Source: Acidobacteriota bacterium
Lineage (GTDB): Bacteria; Acidobacteriota; Thermoanaerobaculia; Multivoradales; Multivoraceae
NCBI GenBank assembly: GCA_026707325.1
Contig: JAPOXA010000042.1
Span: 11,861-75,860, forward strand
DNA: 64,000 bases
Reading direction: 5' to 3'
This document shows positions 35,279-44,310 of the stretch, piece after piece (position 1 is the first letter of the stretch; each line of letters begins with the position of its first letter). A model generated the notes under the pieces. The model saw only the letters and a list, made by a program, of their open reading frames with translations, had not been told where the DNA came from and did no database searches. Made by a program: the position numbers and the translations under genes.

Positions 35279-36999
35279 GGGCGTTCCTCGACGACGAGGT
35301 AGGCGCCGGCCGGTGGATCGACGATCCGGGTGCGGGCGCCCGAGGGCCAGCGGAGGTCGAGTTGCCGCCGGCCGTCCGCCGCCGGGACGGCCCAGCGCAG
35401 GCGGTGGCCGCTCGACGACTGGTAGCTGTCGCCGCGGATCGCCCAGCGTCGTGCCGGCGGCGTGCCGGTTTCGCCGGACAGGGTCGCCACGGCGCCCACC
35501 GCCTGCGTGTTCGGAGACCGTCCGCGCAGTTCGAGGCCCAGCCACGTAGCGCCAGCCGGCCCGGCCGTGTCGTTTCGCCACAGGCGGGCCGGACCGTCGT
35601 TCGCCGTCACGAGAAGATCGCCGTCGCCGTCGTTGTCGTAGTCCGCGATGGCGGCCCCCCGGCTCACCAGGGGATCCTCGTCGGTCCAGGCGCAGCGCAC
35701 CTCGGAGAAACTCCCCGCCGCCTTGCCGGAGCGGCCACGCAGCAAGAGGTTCCGCTGCCGGTGCTCCGTGTTGTCACGCCGCGGCGACGCGAAGATATGG
35801 CCGTTCGCGACGTACACGTCGAGGGCGCCGTCGCGGTCGAAGTCCTCGGCGACGATCCCGAAACCCAACAGGTTGAACGATGGCTGCCCGAAACCGGCAG
35901 TGGCCGAGACGTCCTCGAACAGCAGGTCCGGTCCCGGCCCGGCGTTTCGATACAGCGTGTTCGTCTCCACGTCGAAGTTGGTCACGGCCAGATCGGGGTC
36001 GCCGTCGAGGTCGAAGTCGGACACGGCGAGACCCATGCCCGCCTCGGGCCGGCCGTTGCGGTTGACGGCGGCGCCCGAGAGCAGGGACAGATCCTCGAAC
36101 GTGCCGTCGCCCCGGTTCCCGAACAGGAGGTTCAGCGTCAGGTCGTTCGCGACGTAGAGGTCGGGCCGGCCGTCCGCGTTCAGGTCGGTGAACAGGGCGC
36201 CCAGGCCCTTGCCGTCTGCGCCGGCCAGGCCGGCGGAGGACGTCGCGTCCTCGAACTCGCCTCCGCCGCGGTTCGTGTAGAACCGGTCGTGCTGGCCAAC
36301 GAACAGGGACGGATCGCACACCTCGGGCGGCGATTCGGAACCCTCCCGGCGGCAGTCCAGGCCGTGATCCGGGTCGTAGTCGACGTAGCGGCTGACATGG
36401 AGATCGAGATCGCCGTCCCCATCCGCGTCGGCCAGCGCCATCGAGGAGCCCCAGGGGAACTCGGCCGCCTCTCCCTCCGGCGCGGCCGCCGGCAGCGGTT
36501 TCGCCGCGGCGAAGCGACCGGCGCCGTCGTTGCGCAGGAGGACCGTGGGGCCATAGCGCGAGACGAGCAGGTCGATGTCGCGGTCACCGTCGACGTCGGC
36601 GGCGGCGACGCCCTGGCCGTAGCCGCGCGCGAGCTCGCCGGCGCCGGCCGGAATGAAACGAAACTCCCCGGCGCCGTCCGGACCGAGGTTCCGGAACAGC
36701 CGGTCCGACGAACGCGCGCCGCCATCCGGCGGAAACGGCCCCGACTGCACCAGGTAGAGATCCAGCCAGCCGTCGCCGTCGAAGTCGATCCACGCCACCC
36801 CGGCGCCCATCGTCTCCGGCAGGTGCAGCCCGCCGCGTGAGCCGGAGTCGTGGACGAAGCGGACTCCCGCTTCGGCTGCCGTCTCCGCGAACGTGAAGCC
36901 GCAGTCCTCCGGGGCAGCGGCCAGGCAGGGGCGGAGAGCGAACGACTGAACGGCGGCCAGGACGACGGCCAACCGCCGGACACCGCCTCGCCAACCCAT
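35275..36999 (-). CDS. FG-GAP/VCBS repeat + ASPIC/UnbV domain protein (CRTAC1-like), secreted
   Basis: 'GAGVAWIDFDGDGWLDLYLV', 'AADVDGDRDIDLLVS', 'ADADGDGDLDLHVSRY' and 'SDFDLDGDPDLAVTNF' are present, with a C-terminal '..IRGDSYQSSSGHRLRWAV'. It is the first gene of a three-gene minus-strand operon. Confidence 0.9.
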   Translation of the reverse strand: MGWRGGVRRLAVVLAAVQSFALRPCLAAAPEDCGFTFAETAAEAGVRFVHDSGSRGGLHLPETMGAGVAWIDFDGDGWLDLYLVQSGPFPPDGGARSSDRLFRNLGPDGAGEFRFIPAGAGELARGYGQGVAAADVDGDRDIDLLVSRYGPTVLLRNDGAGRFAAAKPLPAAAPEGEAAEFPWGSSMALADADGDGDLDLHVSRYVDYDPDHGLDCRREGSESPPEVCDPSLFVGQHDRFYTNRGGGEFEDATSSAGLAGADGKGLGALFTDLNADGRPDLYVANDLTLNLLFGNRGDGTFEDLSLLSGAAVNRNGRPEAGMGLAVSDFDLDGDPDLAVTNFDVETNTLYRNAGPGPDLLFEDVSATAGFGQPSFNLLGFGIVAEDFDRDGALDVYVANGHIFASPRRDNTEHRQRNLLLRGRSGKAAGSFSEVRCAWTDEDPLVSRGAAIADYDNDGDGDLLVTANDGPARLWRNDTAGPAGATWLGLELRGRSPNTQAVGAVATLSGETGTPPARRWAIRGDSYQSSSGHRLRWAVPAADGRRQLDLRWPSGARTRIVDPPAGAYLVVEERP

Positions 37000-37085
37000 G
37001 CGGCGACGCTAGCAGCCCGGCCGGCACCTTAGCGCCCCGAAACCCCTCGCAGGCTCGGTGTTTCGGCCCATCCCGTCCTCGTCCA

Positions 37086-37135
37086 GGAGCTTGCGCCTCG
37101 CCTCTCACACTGTAGCGGGCTACGGCGCAAGCTCC
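37086..37135 (+). promoter_or_regulatory. 12-bp perfect inverted repeat (hairpin or operator) immediately upstream of folP
   Basis: GGAGCTTGCGCC (37086-37097) and GGCGCAAGCTCC (37124-37135) are separated by 26 nt. The repeat ends 12 nt before the folP ATG at 37148. Confidence 0.3.
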
Positions 37136-37147
37136 TAGACTGCGCCG

Positions 37148-38410
37148 ATGGAACTGGCCTGCGGCACGCACACTCTGACCTTCGACGAACGCCCCCTGGT
37201 GATGGGCGTCCTGAACGTGACGCCGGACAGCTTCTCGGACGGTGGCCTCTTCGACACGCCGGAGCGTGCGGTCGAGCACGCGCGGCGCATGACGGCGGAG
37301 GGCGCCGATCTGATCGACGTCGGCGCGGAGAGCACTCGTCCGGGCGCCGGAACGGTCGAGCTGGAGGACGAGCTCGCGCGCCTGTTGCCGGTGATCGAGG
37401 GCATCGCCGCGCTCGACCTCGGCGTGCCGCTGAGCGTCGACACGGCGAAGCCGGAAGCCGCCGACCGGGCGCTGGCCGCCGGCGCGGGAATGATCAACGA
37501 CATCTCGGGCGCCGGCGAGGCAATGCTGGAGGTCGCCGCCCGCCACGGCGCGCCGATCGTCGCGATGCACATGCGGGGCGAGCCCCGAACGATGCAGCAC
37601 GCGCCGCGCTACGACAACGTCGTGGCGGAGATCCGTGACTACCTCGCTGCCCGCGTGGCCGCAGGCCGCAAGCTCGGAGTCGATGTCCTGGTGGACCCGG
37701 GCATCGGATTCGGCAAGACGCTGGAGCACAATCTGGAGCTGCTGGCAAACCTCCACACGCTGCGGAGACTCGACGCGCCGGTGGTGCTGGGTGTATCCCG
37801 CAAGTCCTTCCTCGACCGCCTGCTCGGTGGCGTACCGGTCGAGGAGCGGCTGGCCGGGACGCTCACGGTCAACGCCTGGGCCGCCGCCCTCGATGCCGCC
37901 GACGTGCTGCGGGTCCACGACGTGCGGGAGCACCGGCAACTGGCCGAGAGCATCGCCGCCCTGCGCCGGCATCGCCGGGCGGCGGCGCCGCGGCGGCGGG
38001 TGCTGGCTCGCGGTATCCCCGGCCGCTGCCGCGTCGGCGTAACGGCGAAGGAACGGGCCGAGCCGCAGGAGCTGCTGGTGGACGTCGAGGTGGCCCTGGC
38101 GCCGGCCGGCCTGGGCGCGCCCGACGAGCTGGACACGACCGTGGACTACGCGGAACTTGCCGCGGTCGCACAGGCCGTCGCGGCCAGGGACGAGTACCGT
38201 CTCGTGGAGACACTGGCCGAACGGGTCGCGGTCGCGGTCGCGACCGAGGCCGGCTCGACAACCGGCGCCACGGCGACCGACGGCACGGCGACAGGCGGGA
38301 CGGCGGCCCCGGAACGAATCGAGTCGGTCCGCGTGCGCGTTTCCAAGCCGGGCGCGGCGCGCGAGCTCGGCGTCGCCGAAGTCGGCGCGGAGATCGACTG
38401 GCGGCCGTGA
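37148..38410 (+). CDS. folP: Dihydropteroate synthase fused to dihydroneopterin aldolase (FolP-FolB)
   Basis: The N-terminal part 'PLVMGVLNVTPDSFSDGG...DLIDVGAESTRPGA...MINDISG' is DHPS. The C-terminal part 'GVTAKERAEPQELLVDVEV...DELDTTVDYAELA...RLVETLAERVA...VRVRVSKPGA' is a FolB-type aldolase. Confidence 0.9.
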   Translation: MELACGTHTLTFDERPLVMGVLNVTPDSFSDGGLFDTPERAVEHARRMTAEGADLIDVGAESTRPGAGTVELEDELARLLPVIEGIAALDLGVPLSVDTAKPEAADRALAAGAGMINDISGAGEAMLEVAARHGAPIVAMHMRGEPRTMQHAPRYDNVVAEIRDYLAARVAAGRKLGVDVLVDPGIGFGKTLEHNLELLANLHTLRRLDAPVVLGVSRKSFLDRLLGGVPVEERLAGTLTVNAWAAALDAADVLRVHDVREHRQLAESIAALRRHRRAAAPRRRVLARGIPGRCRVGVTAKERAEPQELLVDVEVALAPAGLGAPDELDTTVDYAELAAVAQAVAARDEYRLVETLAERVAVAVATEAGSTTGATATDGTATGGTAAPERIESVRVRVSKPGAARELGVAEVGAEIDWRP

Positions 38411-38886
38411 CGCGTACCAGCGCGTTCATCGCTCTCGGGTCCAACCTGCGGCCGCGGACTGCACACCTGCAGGCAGCCCTCGATCGCCTGCGCGACGACG
38501 CGGAGGTGACCGCGGTGTCACGCTTCCTTCGCACCGAGGCCGTAGCCGAGCGCGGCGTCGCGGCGACCGACCCGGAGTTTCGGAACGCCGCGGCCGCGCT
38601 CGAGACCGGGCTCGACGCCCGCGGGCTGCTCGCTGCCCTGCTGGAGATCGAGGCCGGCCTCGGCCGCGACCGGACCGCCGGCGCTGGCGGCCCGAGGACG
38701 ATCGATCTCGACCTGCTGCTGTTTGGCGCCGCCGTCATCGACGAGCCCGGACTGGTCGTGCCGCATCCACGGATGCACCGGCGGCGCTTCGTCCTCGAGC
38801 CCCTGGTCGAGATCGCTCCGAACGCCTGGCATCCGGGCCTGCGGAAGACCGCTGCCGAACTCCTGGCGGAGTTGCCCGGTCAGTAG
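38407..38886 (+). CDS. folK: 2-amino-4-hydroxy-6-hydroxymethyldihydropteridine pyrophosphokinase (HPPK)
   Basis: 'AFIALGSNL...GPRTIDLDLLLFG...VVPHPRMHRRRFVLEPL' is the HPPK signature. The GTG start forms a GTGA overlap with the folP-folB stop. Confidence 0.9.
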   Translation: MTRTSAFIALGSNLRPRTAHLQAALDRLRDDAEVTAVSRFLRTEAVAERGVAATDPEFRNAAAALETGLDARGLLAALLEIEAGLGRDRTAGAGGPRTIDLDLLLFGAAVIDEPGLVVPHPRMHRRRFVLEPLVEIAPNAWHPGLRKTAAELLAELPGQ

Positions 38887-40049
38887 CTCTTCGGCAGGCC
38901 GAGCACCTTCTCCGCGATGTGGCAGAGGATGAGTTGCGGGCTCACCGGGGCGAGTCGCGGGATCATCACTTCCCGCATCAGCCGCTCGACGTGAAACTCC
39001 TTCGCGTACCCCATGCCCCCGTGCGTCATCACCGCCTGGGTACAGGCCTTGAAACCGGCTTCGGCGCCGAGGTACTTCGCCGCGTTCGCATAGTGGCCGC
39101 AGGGTTCGTCGCGGTCGTAGAGCGACGCCGCCTGCATCGCCATAAGAAACGCTGCCTCCAGCTCCATCCAGCATTCCGCCAGCGGATGCTGGATCGACTG
39201 GTTCTGGCCGATCGGACGACCGAAGACCCTGCGTTCGCGCGCGTAGTCAGTCGCCCGTTCCAGCGCGTTGCGGCCCACTCCCACCGCCTCGATGCCGATC
39301 AGGATCCGCTCCGGGTTCAGGCTGTGCAGGATGTACTCGAAGCCGCGCCCCTCTTCGCCGATCCGGTCCTCGGCCGGCACCTCGAGACCGTCGATGAACA
39401 GTTCGTTCGAGTCGACCGCCGCGCGGCCCATCTTCGGAATGCGCCGGACCTCGATTCGGGACCGGTCGAGCGTCGTGTAGAACAGCGAGAGGCCCTTGGT
39501 CGCCTTCCCCGTCTCGGCCCGCGGCGTAGTTCGCGCGAGCAGCATCACGCGGTCCGCCTCCTGGGCGGTCGTGGTCCAGATCTTGCGGCCATGGACGATG
39601 TAGCCGCCGTCCGGTTGCCGTTCGGCGCGGGTCGTGATCGCCGTGGTTTCCAGACCCGCGTCGGGCTCGGTGACCGCGAAACAGGTCTTCGCCCGGCCCT
39701 CGATCAGTTCGGGCAGGAACCGCCGTCGCTGCTCCTCCGTCCCGAAGACGACGATCGGGTGCGGACCGAAGATGTTGATGTGAATCGCCGACGCCGCGCT
39801 CATGCCGCCGCCGGCGCGGGCCACCTCGTGCATCACCAGGGCGGCTTCCGTCACGCCCAGGCCCGAACCGCCATACGCCTCCGGCATGGCGATTCCAAGC
39901 GCGCCGCACTCGGCCATGGCGCGGTGGAACTCACCAGGGAACCGCACCTCGTTGTCGACCGCGAGCCAGTACTCGTCGTCGAAGCCGGCGCAGGTGCGCG
40001 CGATACCCTCGCACAGGGCCCGCTGCTGTCCGGTAAGCGTGAAGTCCAT
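38880..40049 (-). CDS. Acyl-CoA dehydrogenase
   Basis: From ATG 40049 the sequence is 'MDFTLTGQQRALCEGIA...CFAVTEPDAGLETTAITTRAE...' with an ACAD-type C-terminal helical domain. The 521-aa track ORF's N-terminal extension was rejected. Confidence 0.9.
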   Translation of the reverse strand: MDFTLTGQQRALCEGIARTCAGFDDEYWLAVDNEVRFPGEFHRAMAECGALGIAMPEAYGGSGLGVTEAALVMHEVARAGGGMSAASAIHINIFGPHPIVVFGTEEQRRRFLPELIEGRAKTCFAVTEPDAGLETTAITTRAERQPDGGYIVHGRKIWTTTAQEADRVMLLARTTPRAETGKATKGLSLFYTTLDRSRIEVRRIPKMGRAAVDSNELFIDGLEVPAEDRIGEEGRGFEYILHSLNPERILIGIEAVGVGRNALERATDYARERRVFGRPIGQNQSIQHPLAECWMELEAAFLMAMQAASLYDRDEPCGHYANAAKYLGAEAGFKACTQAVMTHGGMGYAKEFHVERLMREVMIPRLAPVSPQLILCHIAEKVLGLPKSY

Positions 40050-40390
40050 CAACCGGGCGCGGATGGCAACAGGACGTACCGCGCCAGCGCGGCGAAGCCA
40101 CCGATCAGGATCAGCGCCGCGGTCCAGATCAGGGCCAACTGCTGCCACCGTTCGAGATGGTCGAGCGCCCGTACCCGCCGCAGGATGCCGCGCAGCAGGA
40201 ACGGCATGGAGGCGCCCCAGACCAGGAGCAGGCCCAGGAGCAGCCACGAGGTCGGCGAGAAGCCCTGCAACACGGCCAGCGCCCCGATCGCGAACAGGAG
40301 GGCCAGGCGCACCACGACGCGCACGAAGCGCAGGCTCCCGGCCTGCTGCCGCCTTAGCTGATCCCGCCGGTCGCTGAAATCGATCGCCAC
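40049..40390 (-). CDS. Small hypothetical membrane protein (about 113 aa, about 3 TM helices)
   Basis: It fills the gap between the ptrB stop (40399) and the ACAD start (40049, TGATG junction). GC3 is high. Hydrophobic helices include 'VVVRLALLFAIGALAVL', 'WLLLGLLLVWGASMPFLL' and 'LALIWTAALILIGGFAAL'. The GTG start was chosen by position only. Confidence 0.5.
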   Translation of the reverse strand: MAIDFSDRRDQLRRQQAGSLRFVRVVVRLALLFAIGALAVLQGFSPTSWLLLGLLLVWGASMPFLLRGILRRVRALDHLERWQQLALIWTAALILIGGFAALARYVLLPSAPG

Positions 40391-40398
40391 GTCTCGAC

Positions 40399-42567
40399 TC
40401 AGGATTCGCCGAGGCCGGCCAGGTCGAGCAGGAACGAGTAGACAAGGGCCGTCTCGCGGTAACGGTCGTACCGTCCGGACGCGCCGCCGTGGCCGGCTCC
40501 CATGTTCGTCTCGAGCAGCAGGAGATTGCCGTCCGTCTTGTTGGCTCGCAGCCGCGCCACCCACTTCGCCGGCTCCCAGTACTGGACCTGCGAGTCGTGC
40601 AGGCCGGTGGTCACGAGCAGGTGGGGATAGTCCCGCGCCTCCACGTTGTCGTAGGGCGAGTAGGAGAGCATGTAGTCGTAGTACTCGCGCACCCTCGGAT
40701 CGCCCCATTCGTCCCACTCGAAGGTGGTGAGCGGGATGCTCGCGTCGAGCATCGTGGTCACGACGTCGACGAAGGGCACGCGGGCCACAACGCCGTCCCA
40801 GAGGTCGGGCCGCATCGTGAACACCGCGCCCACCAGCAGCCCCCCGGCGCTGCCGCCCATCGCGTAGATCCGGTCCGGATCCGCGTAGCCCTCGGCCACG
40901 AGATGCTCGGCCGCGGCGATGAAGTCGGTGAAGGTGTTCTTCTTGTGAAGCAGCTTGCCGTTCTCGTACCAGGAGCGGCCCATCTCCTCGCCGCCGCGGA
41001 TGTGGGCGATCGCGTAGACGAACCCGCGGTCGATCAGGCTCAGGAGCGGCGAACTGAACGACGCATCCATGCTCGAGCCGTAGGAACCGTAGCCGTAGAG
41101 CAAGAGCGGGCTGCCGCCGTCCCCGGAGCGCAGGTCGGAACGGTAGACGAGCGACACCGGCACCCGGGTGCCGTCCTCCGCCGTCGCCCATAGTCGTTCG
41201 CTCCGGTAGTTCGCGGCGTCGAAACCGCCGAGCACCTGGTCCTGCTTGCGCAGGGTCTTCTCGCGGGTCGCCGGGTCGTAGTCGAACACCGACCGCGGCG
41301 TGGTCAGCGACTGGTAGACGTAGCGGAGCGTGCCGGACGACGGATCCGGGTTGACACCGAGGCCGGCAGAGTAGGTCGGTTCGCCGAAGTCGAGGTCATG
41401 ACCCGTGACGGAGCCGTCCCCGGCGCCGGACCCGCCGCCCATCGGCTCGATGCGGAGCTGCTCCAGGCCCTCGCGCCTCTCCGCCAGCACGAGGAAACGA
41501 TCGAACAGCTCGAAGCCCACCAACAGCACGTCGTCCCGGTGCGCCAACTCCTCGCGCCAGGCCGAGCGCCCCGTATCGGCTTCGGCGGTCGACATGAGCC
41601 GGAAGTTCGCCGCCCCGTCGTTCGTCCGCACCCAGAACCGGTCGCCCAGGTGATCGACGCTGTACTCGTGGCGCTCGCCCCGCGGCTCGAAGACAACGAA
41701 GTCACCGTCCGGGTCGTCGGCCCGCAGGACGCGCACTTCCGTGCGCAGGGTGTGGCTCGAGGTGGCCAGCAGGTACTTCCGTGACTGCGTCCGCCCCAGG
41801 AACACGCTGAACGTCTCGTCCGGCTCCTCGTAGACCAGTTCGTCCGGCTCGGAGGAACCCAGGCGGTGACGGTAGACCTGGTAGGCGCGCAGCGTGTCGG
41901 GATCCTGACGAACGTAGAACAGGGTCGCGCTGTCGGCGGCCCAGACGAGATTCGCCGTAACGTCCGGGATCTCGTCCGCGAGAGTCTCACCCGTCGTCAG
42001 GTCCTTGAACCGAACGGTGTAGAACCGCCGTCCAACGTCGTCCACCCCATACGCCAGGATCCGGTGGTCCGGGCTGACGGACGGACGGACCGCCGTGTAC
42101 TCCCTGCCTTCGGCGACCTCGTTCACGTCGATCAGCACTTCTTCGGCCTCGGGAGCCTGATCACCGCCGAAGACGTCGCCGTCGGCCGGCCGGCGGCCGT
42201 GGATCGGGTACTGCTTTCCCTCCTCGTAGCGCGTGTAGTACCAGTAGTCCCCGTCGCGATAGGGAACGGATGAGTCGTCCTCGACGACGCGGCTCCGGAT
42301 CTCCGCGAACACGATCTCCTGAAGGGCTTCGGTGTGCGCCAGCGCGGCGTCGACGTACGCGTTCTCCGCCTCGAGATAGGCGATCACTTCCGGGTTCTCG
42401 CGTTCCCGGAGCCAGTAGTACTCGTCGACCCGCACGTCGCCGTGGGTCTCGAGTTCGTGGGGACGCGCCTCGGCGAGTGGTGGCTCGCCGGGACCCGCCG
42501 CGGGACCGGCGCAGGAGGTCACGGCGAGGGCGGCCAGAAGGGGGACTGCGGCAGGTACCTTTGACAT
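40399..42567 (-). CDS. ptrB: Oligopeptidase B (S9A prolyl-oligopeptidase family), lipoprotein-type signal
   Basis: 'HGDVRVDEYYWLRERENPEVIAYLEAENAY' matches the protease II N-terminus. 'AMGGSAGGLLVG' is the catalytic Ser motif. The signal is 'LLAALAVTSC'. Confidence 0.9.
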   Translation of the reverse strand: MSKVPAAVPLLAALAVTSCAGPAAGPGEPPLAEARPHELETHGDVRVDEYYWLRERENPEVIAYLEAENAYVDAALAHTEALQEIVFAEIRSRVVEDDSSVPYRDGDYWYYTRYEEGKQYPIHGRRPADGDVFGGDQAPEAEEVLIDVNEVAEGREYTAVRPSVSPDHRILAYGVDDVGRRFYTVRFKDLTTGETLADEIPDVTANLVWAADSATLFYVRQDPDTLRAYQVYRHRLGSSEPDELVYEEPDETFSVFLGRTQSRKYLLATSSHTLRTEVRVLRADDPDGDFVVFEPRGERHEYSVDHLGDRFWVRTNDGAANFRLMSTAEADTGRSAWREELAHRDDVLLVGFELFDRFLVLAERREGLEQLRIEPMGGGSGAGDGSVTGHDLDFGEPTYSAGLGVNPDPSSGTLRYVYQSLTTPRSVFDYDPATREKTLRKQDQVLGGFDAANYRSERLWATAEDGTRVPVSLVYRSDLRSGDGGSPLLLYGYGSYGSSMDASFSSPLLSLIDRGFVYAIAHIRGGEEMGRSWYENGKLLHKKNTFTDFIAAAEHLVAEGYADPDRIYAMGGSAGGLLVGAVFTMRPDLWDGVVARVPFVDVVTTMLDASIPLTTFEWDEWGDPRVREYYDYMLSYSPYDNVEARDYPHLLVTTGLHDSQVQYWEPAKWVARLRANKTDGNLLLLETNMGAGHGGASGRYDRYRETALVYSFLLDLAGLGES

Positions 42568-42598
42568 AGGTACGGGAGTGTAGCCCGCTGATCAGGCA

Positions 42599-43537
42599 TC
42601 AACTCCGCTCCCACAACAGGATGGCGGCGAAGAGGTCCTCCAGCGCGGCGCCGACCGACTTGAACAGCGTGATCTCGGACGGGCCATGACGCCCCCCGTG
42701 CCGGCCGCGGCACAGCTCGTGGAGATCGCCGGCAACCTCTTCGGCCCTCAGCGCGCCTGACTCGATCGGTTGAACCAGGTCGCCGGCCTCGACCAGAGCG
42801 CCCTCGCGCGTGTCGACGAACACGGTGGAACGGCGCACCGCCTCGTCGTCCGCCTCGCGCATCGCCGGCGTGAAGCCGCCGACCAGGTCGACATGCATGC
42901 CCTCACGGAGCCAGTCGCCCAGGACCAGGGGTTCCGTGGCCAGGGTCGCGGTGCTCACGATGTCGGCGCCGCGGACCGCCGTCTCCAGGTCACCTGCGGC
43001 GCCGGTCGCGAGCCCTTCAAGCAGCGCCGACCGCGACGCCACGAGCGCACGCTCGCGCCGGCGACCCCAGAACTCGACCTCGAGATTCGGGTTCACGGCG
43101 GCGTGGGCCCCGGCCAGGTGGGGCGCCAGGTTGCCGGCGCCGACCACGAGCAGGCGACGGGCGTCCGTCCGGGCGAGGAACCGCGCAGCCAGCGCCGACG
43201 CCGCCGCGGTGCGCCGCCGGGTCAGCTCCGCACCGTCGATCAGGGCCAGCGGCTCGCCGGTCTCTCCCGACGCCAGGATGTAGCTGGCCTGAATCGTGTC
43301 GAGGCCGCGCGAAACGTTGCCCGGGAAGGCCGTCGCCACCTTGACGCCCAGGTAGCCGCCGACGGTCCAGGCCGGCATCAGGAGCAGAGTCGCATCAGGC
43401 TCGCCGGCCAGCGCCTGGACCCGGTGGTGGTGGCGCACCGGCATCTCGCAACCGTCCCGGAAACCCACCTCGAGGGCGTCCACGAGAGCGCCCCAGGGGA
43501 GCAGGTCGGCGGTCCGCGCAGCGTCGAAGATCTTCAT
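42599..43537 (-). CDS. Ornithine cyclodeaminase / mu-crystallin family protein
   Basis: From ATG 43537 the sequence is 'MKIFDAARTADLL...LLLMPAW...YLGVKVATAFPGN...RTAAASALAARFLAR...LLVVGAGNLAPH'. Confidence 0.85.
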   Translation of the reverse strand: MKIFDAARTADLLPWGALVDALEVGFRDGCEMPVRHHHRVQALAGEPDATLLLMPAWTVGGYLGVKVATAFPGNVSRGLDTIQASYILASGETGEPLALIDGAELTRRRTAAASALAARFLARTDARRLLVVGAGNLAPHLAGAHAAVNPNLEVEFWGRRRERALVASRSALLEGLATGAAGDLETAVRGADIVSTATLATEPLVLGDWLREGMHVDLVGGFTPAMREADDEAVRRSTVFVDTREGALVEAGDLVQPIESGALRAEEVAGDLHELCRGRHGGRHGPSEITLFKSVGAALEDLFAAILLWERS

Positions 43538-43566
43538 ACAGTTGGCGGAGGATAGTCTCATCCGCG

Positions 43567-44310
43567 ATGAGCCACCTCAAGGAACTCGAAGGGAACGGCT
43601 ACGTCATCCTGGAAGGGGTACTCGACCGCGAGCAGCAGGAGGCGCTGCGCGGAGTGCTCCAGCCCCACTTCGAACGCCATCTGTTCGGCCGCAACCCCTT
43701 CGAAGGCCACAACACGCAACGGGTCTACGGCCTGCTCGCGAAGTCGCGGTTGTTCGATGCCCTGGTCGCGCACCCCGCGGTCATGGCGGCCTGCGAGGCG
43801 ACGCTCGGACCCGGCTTCCTGCTTTCGGTGGCCCACGCGATCCTGATCCACCCGGGCGAAGTGGCGCAGAGCCTCCACCACGACGACTCGTTCTACCCGC
43901 TGCCGCGGCCCAGAAAGGCGCTCGGCGTGAGCACGATCTGGGCACTCGACGACTTCACCGAGGACAACGGCGCCACCCGCGTCGTGCCCGGAAGCCACCG
44001 CTGGAACGGCGACCGGCCCCACGACGCGGAAGCCCGGCCCGTCATCATGCCCGCCGGCTCCCTGCTCATCTTCCTCGGCACGCTCTACCACGGCGGCGGC
44101 GAGAACTGCTCCGCGGGGTCCCGACTCGGCCTGACCATCCAGTACTGTCCGGCCTGGGCCCGCCAGCAGGAGAACTTCATCCTCGGCGTGCCGGCCGGCG
44201 AAGTGCCGCGTCTGTCCGATACGGTCCAGGAACTCATCGGCTACGGCATCCATCCCCCGTTCATGGGACACGTCGACGGCCGCCACCCATTGAAGGCGCT
44301 CCAGACATGA
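43567..44310 (+). CDS. Phytanoyl-CoA dioxygenase (PhyH) family Fe(II)/2-oxoglutarate oxygenase
   Basis: 'LEGNGYVILEGVL', 'LHHDDSFYP' (HxD) and 'FTEDNGATRVVPGSHRW' are present. GGAGGA lies upstream of the start. Confidence 0.85.
   Translation: MSHLKELEGNGYVILEGVLDREQQEALRGVLQPHFERHLFGRNPFEGHNTQRVYGLLAKSRLFDALVAHPAVMAACEATLGPGFLLSVAHAILIHPGEVAQSLHHDDSFYPLPRPRKALGVSTIWALDDFTEDNGATRVVPGSHRWNGDRPHDAEARPVIMPAGSLLIFLGTLYHGGGENCSAGSRLGLTIQYCPAWARQQENFILGVPAGEVPRLSDTVQELIGYGIHPPFMGHVDGRHPLKALQT

Noticed and set aside
37000-37147. A THF or ZTP riboswitch assignment for the folP leader.
   Set aside because: I could not recognise the conserved ZTP (pfl) or THF-I core sequences. Only a generic long hairpin is visible. 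It is reported as an unclassified inverted repeat instead.
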